Shown here one piece after another: positions 26,401-40,499 of a DNA stretch of 64,000 bases (within the stretch, counting starts at the first letter, position 1; every line of letters starts with the position of its first letter). Under the pieces are notes generated by a model, which did not search any database, was not told the origin of the DNA, and saw only the letters and a program-made list of their open reading frames with translations. The DNA is taken from assembly GCA_016748015.1 (NCBI GenBank), contig JAAOMT010000543.1, positions 434,001 through 498,000 on the forward strand, given 5' to 3'. The stretch is from Geosiphon pyriformis uo1. Taxonomy: Eukaryota > Fungi > Glomeromycota. Position numbers and translations under genes: made by a program.

Positions 26401-27362
26401 TAAAAAAAAACATCTTGGTTGAACAAATTTTGGTAAATAGAAATGAATTTTCCCAGCAAAAAAAACTATATTTATTACAAAATATAAAACTTATGAGTTT
26501 ATAAGAATATCTTTTGAATTAACAAATATTCTACCAATATTTTAAAAATTAATAGATAAAGTATTCAAATTAAAACATCAAAAATTTATTTCTGTGTATT
26601 TTAATAATATAATTGTATACTTAAAAACTTAAAATAAACATTTAAAACATCTTTAAAATGTTTTTAATCTTCTAAAAAATACTAGACTTAAAATCAATTT
26701 TTAAAAAACAGTCTATTCAGTTTTTAGGTTATTTTATAATAAAAGATAAAATTTTTTCAGATCTAACCAAAGTTGGAAAAATATAAAAGCTTAGACAATT
26801 AATATATATTTATGAACTATAATCTTTTTTTGCATTAATTTTATATTATTAAAAGTTTATTAGAGATTTTTTTAATATTATACATCTGTTTAATTAGCTT
26901 CTAAAAAAAATATCAATTATTATTGAAGTATTTTTCAACAAAAAATATTCAAAACTCTTAAAAAAAACTAATTACTAAACCAATCTTAAAACAACCAAAT
27001 TTTGACAAGCTATTTATTCTTTATATTAATATTTTTAATGTTTTTTTTAGTATTACAAAAAAAAAATTAAGTTATAATCTATGATAATAAAACTTTATAA
27101 AAAGCAGAAAAAAATTATATAACAACTGAAAAAAATGCTTAGCAATAGTATATTCTACTAATTATTGGAATAAGTATCTTATAAAAAAAAATTTAATATA
27201 TACACTAATTATCAAGCTTTAAATTAATTTTTTTTTATTTATTTATTTAACAAGTAAGGTCCAAATACGACCTAGTGCTATACATCATACAAATGATCTA
27301 AACTAGGTGTGAATCATGCGCTTTCTACACGTGACCAGCCACTTGGGCCAGTCAGGACTACA

Positions 27363-30300
27363 CTATACATCTATATGCACAGAAACCAAATCTCTAATAC
27401 CTGAAAAAAATGGACAAAACCTATGAAACCCGAAACCAACTCCAAAAGCCTCAGCCACTCCCAGCAATCTAACCACACCAGCCGAAAACACCTTAGACAA
27501 ACCAGAAACTGAAACAAGAGTTGAGTCATCATGTGGAATCAGACTGCACTTTTCCATAAACACTTGGTATCTGGTGCAGACCAACTAAATGTCGTCCCAA
27601 AATGCAAGACAGAACTCACAATCTTTTTAGTACCCTCATCAGAATCATTAAAAACCAAGACAGACTTACGAAACCACTTATCGAAAACAAAGCCTTTACA
27701 CAGAGCAACACCAATTCCAACCTCAGAAACACAAGAAGCCAAAGCCTGTAAGACACAAGAAGAAGAATGAGACAGGCCAGAAAGAGCCTTCCAAGCTGAA
27801 GCATGAGCGCCCAACAAACAAGCACAACCAATGGCATCCTGAGGACACGAAAAGACGTGATCCGAGGTCTCAACATCACCACAGAACAGACAGACCACAC
27901 TGGGGTATCTCCTATCATACAAACACTTGCACACAGCAACAAGAAGCCGATGATGGAGAGCCTTCATAAAGTAAGTACGACAGCTAGCTGTGTGCATGCT
28001 GGTAAAACTGGATGCCAAGTGAGAATTGGTGCCACACTATAGAAGACTTAGACCAATTAATATCAATGCGCAACCTATTATCCATGACATGAAAACCCAC
28101 TCCGACTTCCCAACAAGCTCAATGGACTGACTGGAAAACATCACGAACAAAGTGTCTAGAATTACCAGAAACTGTCATACCACCAGCACACAGAAAACAT
28201 TTACTGACCAAATGAGGTAGGCGCCAAGCAGAGAGAGCAGCATCTTTAGCAAGTGCATCAGCACAATCATTGCCTGAGACACCTGAATGACCCTTCACCT
28301 TGACCCAATTCACATCCAAATTCTTCTGACAAATAACAGTAGTAATGTGATGATGCTCAATCCAACAGCGGTTCCTGAAATCCAGACAAGCCAACAATAA
28401 TTCCAACCTACACGCATCTAAAGCAGCTTGGCTATCCAAGAACAAGTCAACCAAACGAGAAAAAAGAACACACTCAAGGGCCAAAGCTATGGCTTGCAGC
28501 TCCGTCAAAGTAGAAGAAACCAAACCAGACACCCTAACACCCAAATCCAAGTTAATGTCCTTAAAAAAAACAGCAGCATCCGCCCTCACATCAACAGAGC
28601 CCAGACCAAAAAGAGATCTATCCATATACACAGAAAGGTGGGCAGCTCCAATGGTCGGCAAAGCATCACAAACCACACCAAAATCATAAAAAAGATGAAT
28701 GTTAGACACAGCATGATCATCTGCCAAAGAGGAACTTGAGGAGAGAGATACAACACTACCAAGAAAGTGAATGGAGAGATCAAACCAGAAAGGGACTGGG
28801 CCACGAGGGTCCAGCCTCTTCCAATGCTTGAAGGTTCTCCAACTAAAAACATCACCATTACAGTCATGAAGCTGTTCCACGAAAGCAATCCCATAACACC
28901 TGAGTGAAGAGACACACTTGAAAAAACAGGAATCACCTAAAACCAAAGACATAAGAGTACCATACCGACGACGAAAAGCACAAGCCAGAGGGCCCCCCAA
29001 AGACAAATCACACCCGGAAAAAATACGGACCACACCAGCCAAAAAATTATTTGAAGGACTAACACCAACACGAACCGGAAACAGTAAGGGATGATGAAAA
29101 CACTAGCTGAAAACCTGGAGGTCATGAAACCTATGTGAAAACAAGCGATCCAAGACACCAGTGGAATTTGCAAAAGCAATAACAGAGGCCAATTTACTCT
29201 CAGCCTGGATTTGTTTGAAAGTCTTTAGATTGTACAGAGAGGGATGATGAAGAGCATTACTGGGGAAATCACGTGGCAACCCAGACTTGGACTTAAAGAT
29301 CTTGTGTACTAATGTGTCCCATTTACTACAAACACTCAAAGAAATGAAACTGAACTGAGTCTTGTAGCTAATGATAGGGAAAAGAACCGCAGACACCAAA
29401 TATGCACACTGTTTGTCCGAAATTGCCTTCCTCAAAACAAGATTTACAAAAAACCGTACATCAGCCTGAGCTTTAGCCAAGCTAGACTTCGAAAAACCCC
29501 CAGAAGACAAAAAAATACCCAAATAGCGATGAGATTCCTCTTTCCTGGCGATGGAAATAGGCGCACCACTGATAGTTAAATGAGGGTCTAACACCCGACA
29601 GTTGATAGGGATGGCCACCATCTTGTCGTTATTCACAGAAATGTCATTGAACCTGAAAAACTTACTAGCAATATCCAGAATGTGTTGTGTAGCAGCCTGG
29701 CTGCTACCAATCCAAATAGTATCATCGATGAAAGCACCAGCAGCGAGAAACAAAGTCAATCCAGCACGAGAATCTACTTGGCCTGTTTTAGAAACATAAT
29801 AAGAATTCAACCTGTAGCTCTATACACTCTCCTGCCTCTTGACCTTGCACAAAAGTGAATCATAAAAAATACACCAGAGAAGAGGCGAGAAAACTTCACC
29901 CTGATCCAGACCATCATGGACACAATACTCATCAGTTAAACCAAAGTCAGTCATCACTCTGTTGACGCGACCATTGTGAATACTGCCAAAAAATCTAATA
30001 AACCTGTCACATATTTTGATCCTGATCAAACTCCTCTTAAGATGTTCTTAGCCAACTGAGTCATAAGCCTTGTGCATGTCCTGTAAAACCAGCCAAAGTT
30101 CACGGTTCTTCTCCAAGACATCCTCAACCACAGAACTGACAGCAAAAATGGGAGACTGCATCGTCATACCTTTCAAAACCAAAAAATTGTCTCCACGAAG
30201 AACATCAAAAGTGCCGCAAGCCAAAAAGATCCTATCTGAAAAGATCTTGGAGAGAATCTTGCAGGCCATTTCAATTAAAGCTATAGGATGGGTGTTCGTG

Positions 30301-32030
30301 AGAACTCTCTCTCATTCATATGGTTTAGGAATTATTGAGACCCAAGCTTCCCTCCAAGGCCCAGGAACCAACTCGCCAACCAGACATAAATTCAAAAGCA
30401 CCAAAAGCATATTCAAAATAGATTTGTCACAATGTTTCTACAATTCATTGGAGATATCAGAAAGACCAGCCGCTTTTCCATCAGGAAGATCTTTAACAAC
30501 AGTTGACAACTCATCAAAACTGATCGAGCACATGACATCAAAGAAAACACCATCGAACATGTAATCCAGAGGCCGAAATTGACAAACCCAATTCTCAGAG
30601 AAGTCAGACACCACCTCACGTTTTCTGGTCCATCCCTCCATAATTTCGTCCACCTTGGACTTAACCAAATCGGGCTCCAAAATCAACTCTTCTTCTATAA
30701 TCAGATGATCTAGAACCATCTTGCAAAAAGAATGCTCCAAAACACTTCTAATGGTATGACTCTTGTTCAACTCAAAACTCTCCATTCTCTTACCAATAGC
30801 CTGCTTGATTGAAGATTCTTTAGCATGCTTGGATTCCAAAAATTTCAAAGAGCGGTACGATTTTCTTGCTTTGGCTAGCACAGAACAAATAATATCAAAA
30901 TTAGAACTTGAAAGAAACAGAAACTTAACCTCCGATGCACCAGAAGAGTCGAGTTTGTGCCAGACCTCCAACAAAGAAGCAAAACCATAACTCGAAGCCA
31001 AACGCGAGGCCTTAACCAACTTAGAAACCAGCAGCTCCAGTTTGTAAAACCTAAAAGAAGTCCTGGTAAACACGCCGTCAAAACCTTTGAACCATTTTTT
31101 CTTGAATGTACCATCCGCTAAAAGAACCATGATCTTGCGAACAATGTCTCACATAGTGTCCACATCTGAAAACCTTACTGCCACTTCAAAAGCATCTGAG
31201 AACATAAAGGCATTGGCAGCTGAAGCATCCTTGAACTCCAACTACCTAGCATCATTGGCACCTTTGACATCAAACTTCCAATGATCCCTATTCGCCTGCT
31301 TGCGAAGAGAAATCAAGCACGTATCCAAGAGCCCGCCCAAACCCAAATCCACTGAAACAGCTCGATGGTCTGTGTCAAAATGCTCATTGACATTCAAAAC
31401 TTTATGATGCACTATCGCATTGACAAGACACGAGGAGACAAACACATAATCAATTACTTTTGTAACACCCCTAGAATTTTTCCAAGTGGACGTTTTCGCA
31501 GCTGGACTACCAACTAAAGAATTGACCAGACCCAAATCAAAGCATCTTTTGAAACTTGCACTTTTATGAGAACCGTTTTCATTAAAATCACCCCCAAGAA
31601 TGATGAAAGAAGATTCATTAACAGCCTTTACAATAAGAGAGTTAATCTCATCAGCCTGGGAAAACCGCACCACTGAAGAAGCACCAGCATAGAGCCTTAG
31701 AATTGACACCAAAAGCTTATTCTTGAAAAGCAATCTAACAGACAAGAGCCGGCCAGGCACTTCAGAAACTCTGCACACATGTCTTGCCAAAGAAGAGTCC
31801 ATAACAACCGCCACACCAGCACCCAGATAACCAGAATCCAAACCAGAGGAAAACACCCGAACACCATCAAACTTGTTGGCAATCCAGAGACGAACCCTAT
31901 TCTTCAACTTTGTCTCAGTAAAAATAGAAACCAAATTTCCCATGTCCTTGTGCCAATGAACTATATCTTCTTGTTTCGCAGGAATGTTCATGCCTCGAAC
32001 ATTACACGTAGCAATCTTCCAAATAAAACT
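27363..32030 (-). pseudogene. LINE ORF2: AP endonuclease, reverse transcriptase, RNase H, C-terminal zinc knuckle; several premature stops
   Basis: APE: WKIATCNVRG, GGDFN, IDYVFVS, TDH. RT: LQDMHKAYDSVG, GLDQGEVFSPLLW, AFIDDT. RNase H: ELQAIALAL, DSQAAL, WVKVKGHSGVSGNDCADALAK. Zinc knuckle: CLFCGDVETSDHVFSC. Confidence 0.93.
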
Positions 32031-32032
32031 GG

Positions 32033-33991
32033 TTATTGAGAAGATGAGAGAACCGAAAAACCCAAACCAGAACACAACATATCCAGTCTTGTCAACACTG
32101 AGCTGACTGATGCATCCAAAGCCATCAACTTTGACTCCAAACCACCAATCTTGGCAGTTAGAACCTTCGAACTACTGGAACCAAAATCAGGATTGGCATC
32201 ATCAATGGTAGGGCAAAGAGAAGGAGAGGCCACCAATAGAACGTCCAGTGTCATATCCAAATCCATGCATGAGGCCAGGGAAGCAGATGCAATGAGATGA
32301 GAGGCTAGAGAAGAAGACTCCGAAGATACTACCTCAACACAACTCAGCTTCTTCACAATGGCAGAAACTCAGTCTGCCAAAAGCTCCAAAGAGTGTTTCA
32401 AAATTGCCAACCAACTGCACAAATCAGAGATATCAGAAGGGGAGGATTCTACCGAGGCAGAACCTGCACCAAAACTAGCACCAACAGAAAAAGGACCCGA
32501 AGAAACCACACGAAAGGAAGTGCCACTAGCAACTTGGGCCCATGTCTTGCCACCAAAGGAAACTGGGTGAGTGATAGGAGCCTGTTTCTTCCTATATACA
32601 TTAGCCAGACAAACCCAATCCTGAAAAGTTACCACCTGCTTACTGCAAGCACCAGAATTCCCACCCATAGAACAAACATCAGAAACATGACCGAATTGTT
32701 TACATACTGCACAACAGGTCAAAGATAGACCAGCCCAATGCAAATTCACACCTTTGAAAACCAGAACCAAACCAATAGCAGCCAACTTGGATGCCTCACT
32801 CTCAAAACAGATCACAACACACTGATCACGAATATATGAAGATGAATTACGGTCAATAAAACAAGTTTTCCCACCATAGGCCTCCACCAATGCAGACAAA
32901 TCATGAGCAGTGGTGCCAACTGGAAGAGTGTAAAGCAACGCCCGATACTAATCTCTAGATACCCACATTTGTTTATCAACATTTGCCTTTGCCATGCAAA
33001 CAAAATTTTTTCCCATAAGCACAGACCATCTAGCCGCAACCAAATCAGCTATCTCAGATAATTCATATTCCACTAGGGCCTTTTGCCAAAGACCAATAAG
33101 CTGCACTTTGATTGAAATAATCTTGCCAAACTTGGAGAACACTGCCTCAATCGCCGATTTGGGAAGATCCACTGGGATTTCCTTGATGATCACCCCCTGA
33201 TCTGAACGGCTGTTTACTTTTCTTAGATTATTATTTACCAAAATTTTTTCACTGATTGCCATTTCCCTTGCCTTAATCAAATTTTTTTCAGATGTAAATG
33301 ATGACCTTATTATTCCTGGAAATTTTGAGGGAGTCGAAGCCTCCCCAAAACCATCAACTTGATAAAAAATTTTTTTCACACAAATCAACTTATCACTAAC
33401 AGTTTTTTCAGGAACAGCAGAAAGTTCAATATCCAATGCAAAAGATTTCACCGAAATAAAACTTCGAATCTCCCGATCACGTGACACAACTGGCAGCAAC
33501 TGATTGGATTCATTGAACGTGCGAGGAGGGAGTTCCAAAACGTCGCCAGCACCACCCACATCAACGATAAAAAGCTGCTTAGGCAGGTGTTCAAATACGT
33601 ATGTTCTCGTTTTCAAAACCTTTGGCGTAGCATTACCCATTAGTTCGTCATCCCCGGAAGCATCGGAATTGACATAGCTCGTTTCTTCCACAATTGTGTT
33701 CTTCATGTTCTTAACATCAGAAGTCCTGCCAACACTTGATTCCTCGCTGTCCATTTTACTACCCCAAGATTTCTTCCAGTCATCAATGTCATTATGTAGC
33801 ATGTCCACAGGCAGAGGGCCAGCCGATGAATCCACAACAACACCAGAATTATCAGGTTTCTTCGCTTTCTTGTAAGATGGACCACAAGTGTAAACACTCT
33901 CAACACATGCTTTTTTTTTAGTGCCAGAACGGGTCCCCATACCAGCCAAACCAGATGCTGACCCACCAGCAGAAGAGCCTACTGGATCCAT
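32033..33991 (-). pseudogene. LINE ORF1 (gag-like, RRM-like region plus CCHC knuckle), two internal stops
   Basis: Same-frame ORFs 32948-33997, 32369-32938 and 32033-32356; IEAVFSKFGKIISIK RRM-like segment; CAVCKQFGHVSDVC knuckle; C-terminal coiled-coil-like segment. Confidence 0.88.
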
Positions 33992-36900
33992 TGTCACGAA
34001 CAGAGGTGTATGTAAAGAAATAACTGAAGAGAACAGAAGGGAATAAGGGAAAAGGAAGATATTTTTTTGACTACTCTATGCTCTCGTTATGGTCAGGAGA
34101 TCAACAAAAGAAAGAGTTATTTAAATTAATTAAAAAACAAAAAAAAAACTAGATGATAAAAAGCTTTCTTATTAGATTATTTATTTAGATAAATTTGAAT
34201 TTAATATTAAATACTAAAAAAAAACAATTAAAATACAAATATTCTATTCTAATTGATTATCTAGTAAAAACTAATTATCAAACCAATCAAATTAATTATT
34301 AGTAAAACATTAACTAAACAAATAACAAATAAATTTGGAAAACTATTTAGTGCTTATTAAATTTTTGGGTAAAAAACAATATTTATTAAAATATAATTAA
34401 AAGCAAAAAAAATTTTTTAAAAATAATCAAATAAAAATTTGATTTGACAAAATTAATTATATTAAAAAACTAAAAAAATCTTGATTAACCACAAAGAGTT
34501 ATTTAATTTGAGGAAAAAAATTGTAATATACAATTTATATACTAATTTTTTAGCAAAATATTTTAAAAAAACAAAAATTATTCAAAAAACATTAGGAAGA
34601 TATTATTGGCCAATATTAGAAAAAAATAAAATAGAATATATTAAAACATATAATACCTGTTAAAAAAAAAGGAGCATTTATTTTATATCTGTTGGTCAAT
34701 TTTTTAACAAAATTAAAATTAATATTGTTAAATTTTTAATAGTAATTCTTAATAAAAATAAATATATTATAACAGAAATTGATTATTTAACAAAATACAT
34801 AAAAACCAAAGTAATATTAAATTAAACAGCTACTTTAATTGCCAATTTTATCTATAAAAAAATCATATATAGACATAGATGTCTTTAAAAACTATTTTTA
34901 AATAGAAAAAAACTTTTTTTAGCTTTTTGATAAAAAAACTATTAAAGAAACTTGAAATACATTACAAACTTTTTTTTTTATTATCCATAGACTAATGAAT
35001 TAAAAAAATATTTCAATTAAAGACTTTGTAAAACTTTAGCAAAAATCAGTAAAAAAACAAATTTATAAAACAAAATTTTATTTTTAACTCTCTTTGTTTA
35101 TAGAATAGTAAATTATAATATAACTTATTACGAATTCTTTTACTTATTTTATTGACATATAACAATATTATTTATTAAAATTAATATCAAAACAATATTC
35201 TTTGAAAAAATAACTGAACTTAATTATAAAAATATTTTGCAATAATAACTTGAAATAATTTTAAATACTTTAGTAAAAGCACAATATTACCAGCCAAAAT
35301 TTGAGATATTATTTAGCATAAAATTATTTCTATAATTTTTATTATAAATTAGCATATTATTATTTTAATTTATTACTTATTACCTCATCAAATTATCTGA
35401 ATTATTATTTAATTAATAATGTAATTTGTACAGAAAACAAATATAATTAAATTGTAATAATCAAATTATATAATATCCTAAACTATGTAATATTTAGAAT
35501 TTATTAAAATAATTTATAGTTTGTAAAAATAACTTGTAGTTCAATAAAATATATTAATTTACCAAAATATTAAAAAAAATGCTAGATTATAAAATAGTAT
35601 TACAACAAGTTATATAAAAAAAGAGCTTTTTTTTCAAAAAAATATATCTATTTTAGCTTAAAATATTTTTTTAGAATCAATTTTACCTTAAAATCAACAC
35701 AGTTTCTATAAATCAATTTAATAAAAATTATCTTGAAATTACGAAATCTTTAAGTATCAAATACTTAAAATTAATTCTTTAAAACTAATATTTTAAAATT
35801 AATTAGCGACCAATTTTAGTAATTATTAGTAACTTTCAGATCTAAATCTGAAATAACTTTCTTAATATATTTCTTATTTTTTTTTCTTTAGTTTATTTTT
35901 ATTTTTTTTAATTTTTATTATATTATTGAATAGTCTACAATCAAAATTTTTTGTAGAATAGTTGACTTTTATAACAAAGTAACTACATATTATTTGAAAG
36001 AATTTATAAACAAAATTTTTTGTAAAAAAATTGACTTTTATTACAAAGTAACTATATAAGTAATTGGCATAAAATTGGCTATTTCATTGTAAATCCAACA
36101 ACATATATAGTCTAAAATATAAAGAGATACTTTGAAAAAAAAATTGGCTTATTAAATGTTCACTAGCTTTCATTAATAGCAGAATTAACAATAAAAAAAG
36201 CATTAATATTCTTAAAAAAAGAGTAAAAAAAACTTAAATAACAACAAATAATTGGTTATAAAAAGATAAAAACTTTCTAAAAAAACTCAAAAAAAAACAT
36301 ATAAAATACTTTTTTTAAGTATTAATAACTTAATTTTTAAATACAAATTAGATTAAAACAACATTTTTGGTAACAAATTTTCAAGTTAATAGGAAAAATT
36401 ATTTATAATTAACAAAGTTCTAAATAATAGATCTTATATTTACAAAATCAAAATAGAATAATATTCAATAATTGATCTGTTTATAATACACGAATCAAAA
36501 AGTATTACAAAAAAACTAATTGGCAATTAGTTATTGTAATATTTACAATATCTATTAGTAAAACATTAAAATAATTATAAGAAGAGTTATTCTAGTTTTA
36601 AAATAAACATATTTTTAATTAAGACGAAAAAATATTTCTTTATTAAATATTCAAAATGTTCTTTTTACTATTTACAACTATTAAATAAAAAATTACTTAA
36701 ATACTTTATTTACTATCAAAAAACAAATAATAATCGAAAATAAAATTGGAGTATATTCTATTATTAACTTCCAAAAAACTGTTATAAAAAGACAGAAAAT
36801 TAGTAGTAAATTAGAAAAATATATGCTTAAATATATAATTGCCAAAATACTTAATTTTTTTAACATAATTAGAAGAAAAATAAACAAAATATTATTCATA

Positions 36901-39900
36901 AACAAGAGATTGTCATATAAAAAACAACTTAAACAGTATAAAAAACTTGGTAAATTTATAGAAAATATAAAGCTTTTGAAGAAAACAACTTCAAAAATCC
37001 AGAAAAAATTTTTGAACATTGTATATTTAGATGTTTTAAGAGTTTTAACTATTATAAAAAGTGCCAAAACACTCATATAAAAGTTTGGTCTTTTGGATTT
37101 AAAACTAATATTGTCTTAGCTTTTTTATATATTTTTAACCAAGGATTTTAAAAAATTAATCAACTTTAAAATAAAAATCTCAAAACTTTTCTTATATAAT
37201 TTTATTTTGTCAGAACTCAATTTTTTTAAAAAGAATAATATTATAAATAAAACTTTTACTTTTTAATTCTTATCTATTTACTTAGTCAAAATTAATTACA
37301 TATACTAATTATTAATACTATATAATTAACCAGTTTATTTTTAAAATAAGTTATTAATTTAATTATTAACTTGATTACTTATTCAATCATTGAATAAATT
37401 ATTAATGTAATTATTAACTTAATCATTCAATTTTTTTTAATAATATTAAGTAAAATTTTTTAAGAATTATTAAAAAGCATTTATATTTAAATTATACTTA
37501 GGTTAATATAATAATATTAACTTCTTTATTTTTTTTATTTTATTTTTTTTTTTTATATAATTGTTAGTTTTTGTAAAATATATTAAATAAATATTTATTA
37601 AAAAATATAACTAATATCTAATATTAAATTTTAAAAATGTTAATATAAAACATAAAATTATACTAATATATTATTTTTTGTTGACAATACAAACTATTTT
37701 TCTACTTTTAGATTTTTTATTATCTTAAAAAAATAAATAGTAATTAAGATATTTATAAACTAATTTTATATATTAAATTCTTATTAATTTAATTTGCTTA
37801 TTAAAATTAAATTATTTTTTTGATTATTTTATTATCATATAATATTGTTTTTTTTTGTTATCTGTTAGTTTGTTAATCTAACTATAATAATACTATTATT
37901 GAAATTAATTAATTAATTTTTAAGTATATAATTATATTGGTTTTATTTATTTAGTTTTTTAATTTTATTTAATAGTTAAAATATGTTATTGTTATATTTA
38001 ATTTTAAAAACTTAAATATTATTATTATTTATATTAAAATTTTAAAAAAAAGTTATAATTGGTAAAAAAATTTAGATTATTAATATTGTGTTAGTATTAA
38101 AATTTAAATTATTTGGTTTTTAAGTATAAAATGCTTTTATTTTGTTTATTAAAATTAGTATTTAAGCCTGTTTTAGGTTTTAAAATTTTTAAAATTAAAT
38201 AATTAATACAAAATATATATAAAACTGCTTTTTTTAACTTTTTTTTGTTGTTTAGTTAATTTTATAATTAAATTAATTAAATTTATTATTAATTTTAAAA
38301 TAAAAAATAAAATTTTTGTTATTATAAAAATATTGATAACTTATATAAATAATAATAAAACTTTTTAATAATTAATAATTTTATTTTGTTTATAATTTGT
38401 AGTTAAATAAAAATAGTAAATTTTAATTTAAAATAAGATTTTTTTCATGAATTATTTTATTTTAATAAAAAACTTTATTATTTTGTGTTAAAATAATTTT
38501 TTGAAATTTTATATAGCCATTATATAATTAAATATATAATACTAAAATTATTTTTAATAAATCTATAATTAATAATTTTTTATTAAGTAATAATAATATA
38601 ATCTGACAATTTAAAAATTAATTAATTATTAATTTCAAAAATATTGATTAATTTAAATTAATTGCAACTTTTAAATAGTAATTTTTTTAAAAATTAAAAA
38701 AATTTGTTAATATATAATAATAATAATAAGCTAAAAAAATTGATATTTACATTCAAATTTGCATAAAATTAAAAAATTACAATAAATTAAAAAAACATTG
38801 ATTAATTTTATTAATACAATTATTAAAATACAAAATTTTTATTAAAATTTTTATTTTTTTATTTAATTTGCAAATATAAAATAAAAATTAATCTTTTTTA
38901 ATTTATTAAAAATTTTAAATTAATAATATTAACATATTATTTTTAAGTTTTTTATTAAATATATTATTTTTAATATATATTAAAGTATATTTTAATTTAT
39001 TTAATTTAAAAACATAATAATAAAGTTTTTTTATATTTAACTTTTTATAATCTTTGTTTTTTTTCTGCTTAGTTTTAACTTATTTTACACAAAATTTTTT
39101 TAATATATTTTTAATTATATATTCTTTGATAATATTAATTTTTTATATTAATTTTTATATTCTTAATTAAGATTATTTATTTTACATAATTTTTTAATAT
39201 TTTAATTTTACAACAAGTATTTTATCAAATATTTTTTATTTAATACATAATTTGATAATTTAATATCTCTGTTTTAAATTTATACAAATTTTAAAATAAT
39301 TTTTTTAATTTGTAACATTTAAAAAAAAACTTTGATAAAATTATTATTGTTTTTAATTAATTGGCCTTTTTGCATATTTTTTTGGCTGTATTAAAAACAA
39401 TTTTTAACAAAATATTATGTATATTATTTATTATAAAAAACTTTTTATTTTTATTTTTTAAAATAATACCTAAAATTAAAAGTAAAAAAAAAACATTTTA
39501 GTTTTATTAATAATTTAATTATTATAATTAAGTATTTTATTTTTAAAATTAGTTATTAATGTAATTATTAACTTGATTGATTTGATTATTAACTTAATTA
39601 TTAACTTTATTAATTGTTTTAACAGAAGATATATAAATAAAACTTTTTATAACAATAAATAAATATTAACTAAAAATCAATTTTACATTAATTAATTAAT
39701 ACAAGTGATTTAATTCTTTTTTTTTAATTTAAATATCTAAAAATAAAAGATTATAATTTTTTTTTCTTGATTTTGTAAATTGTTAACTTTTGAAAATATT
39801 ATTAAATAAACAATTACTGAAAATTACAACCAAATATCTGTTATTGAATTTAAGAGTATTATTTGAAATATAAAATTACATCAGTTGTATTATCTTTGTT

Positions 39901-40499
39901 AATAGTACAAACTAACTCTTTATTTTCAAATTTTCTTGAAAAGAATAGCAAATAAGATAATATTTTCATTAATTAACTTATTACTCTAATCTGTAACAAT
40001 ATTAAAGTACAAGTAGAGAAATAAAATATACAAAGTATTTAATAAAATACAGAACTTTTATTAAGATATATTGCTTAAGTGGATTTTTGGCTTTTGATGG
40101 TTAGAAGATCAATAAGAAAAAAAATTTTTTTTTTTTAAGAAGTATATATTATAAATTTGATTATTGACTTAATTAAATATCAAATTATTAATTCAGTTGT
40201 TAAAAATTTGATGATTTCTTATAGTTAACTAACGAAATTGAATAAACAATTATTGATTTATTTCTAAAATTTGCCAATTGCAATATCGATATAGATTAGT
40301 ATTATTCGATTCCACAATAATTTAAAAATATATAATATTAATTGATTTTTAAAAAGTTGTGAAAATATCAATAAATATTAATTTTTTTAAAATTCAGTTG
40401 GAATAAATACTCATTTTTAATAACCAAATTAAAGCCTATTTCATTTTTAACCAGAGCTCTATTTGTTTTCATAACAATCAATCAAGAAGAAAATTGATT

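Larger units (their letters stand above)
27230..34119 (-). mobile_element. Full-length non-LTR retrotransposon (APE-type LINE with RNase H, I/Tad1-like organisation), inactivated by stops
   Basis: TSD TTTAAATTAATT at 27218-27229 and 34120-34131; 3' (TAAA)n/poly-A tail at 27230-27250; ORF1 and ORF2 as listed; sharp GC step at both edges. Confidence 0.95.
24050..35280 (+). mobile_element. Heavily mutated Ty3/Gypsy LTR-retrotransposon relic (gag-PR-RT-RH-[LINE insertion]-IN)
   Basis: gag remnant KIYSFTKRLKTDLFYA (~24470); protease NLILNSS for D-S-G (~25555); RT SVYFNNIIVY for YxDD (26597); RNase H AEKNYITTE and YTNYQAL (27105-27222). After the LINE, integrase GRYYWP...IKTYNTC (34596-34660), IDYLTKYI and an rve core. 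Domain order RT-RH-IN is Gypsy. LTRs were not identified. Confidence 0.8.

Noticed and set aside
27531-33921. Plus-strand ORFs within the LINE, and minus-strand ORFs within hydrolase genes (43367, 45687, 53364, 60334)
   Set aside because: Antisense shadows of real coding frames.
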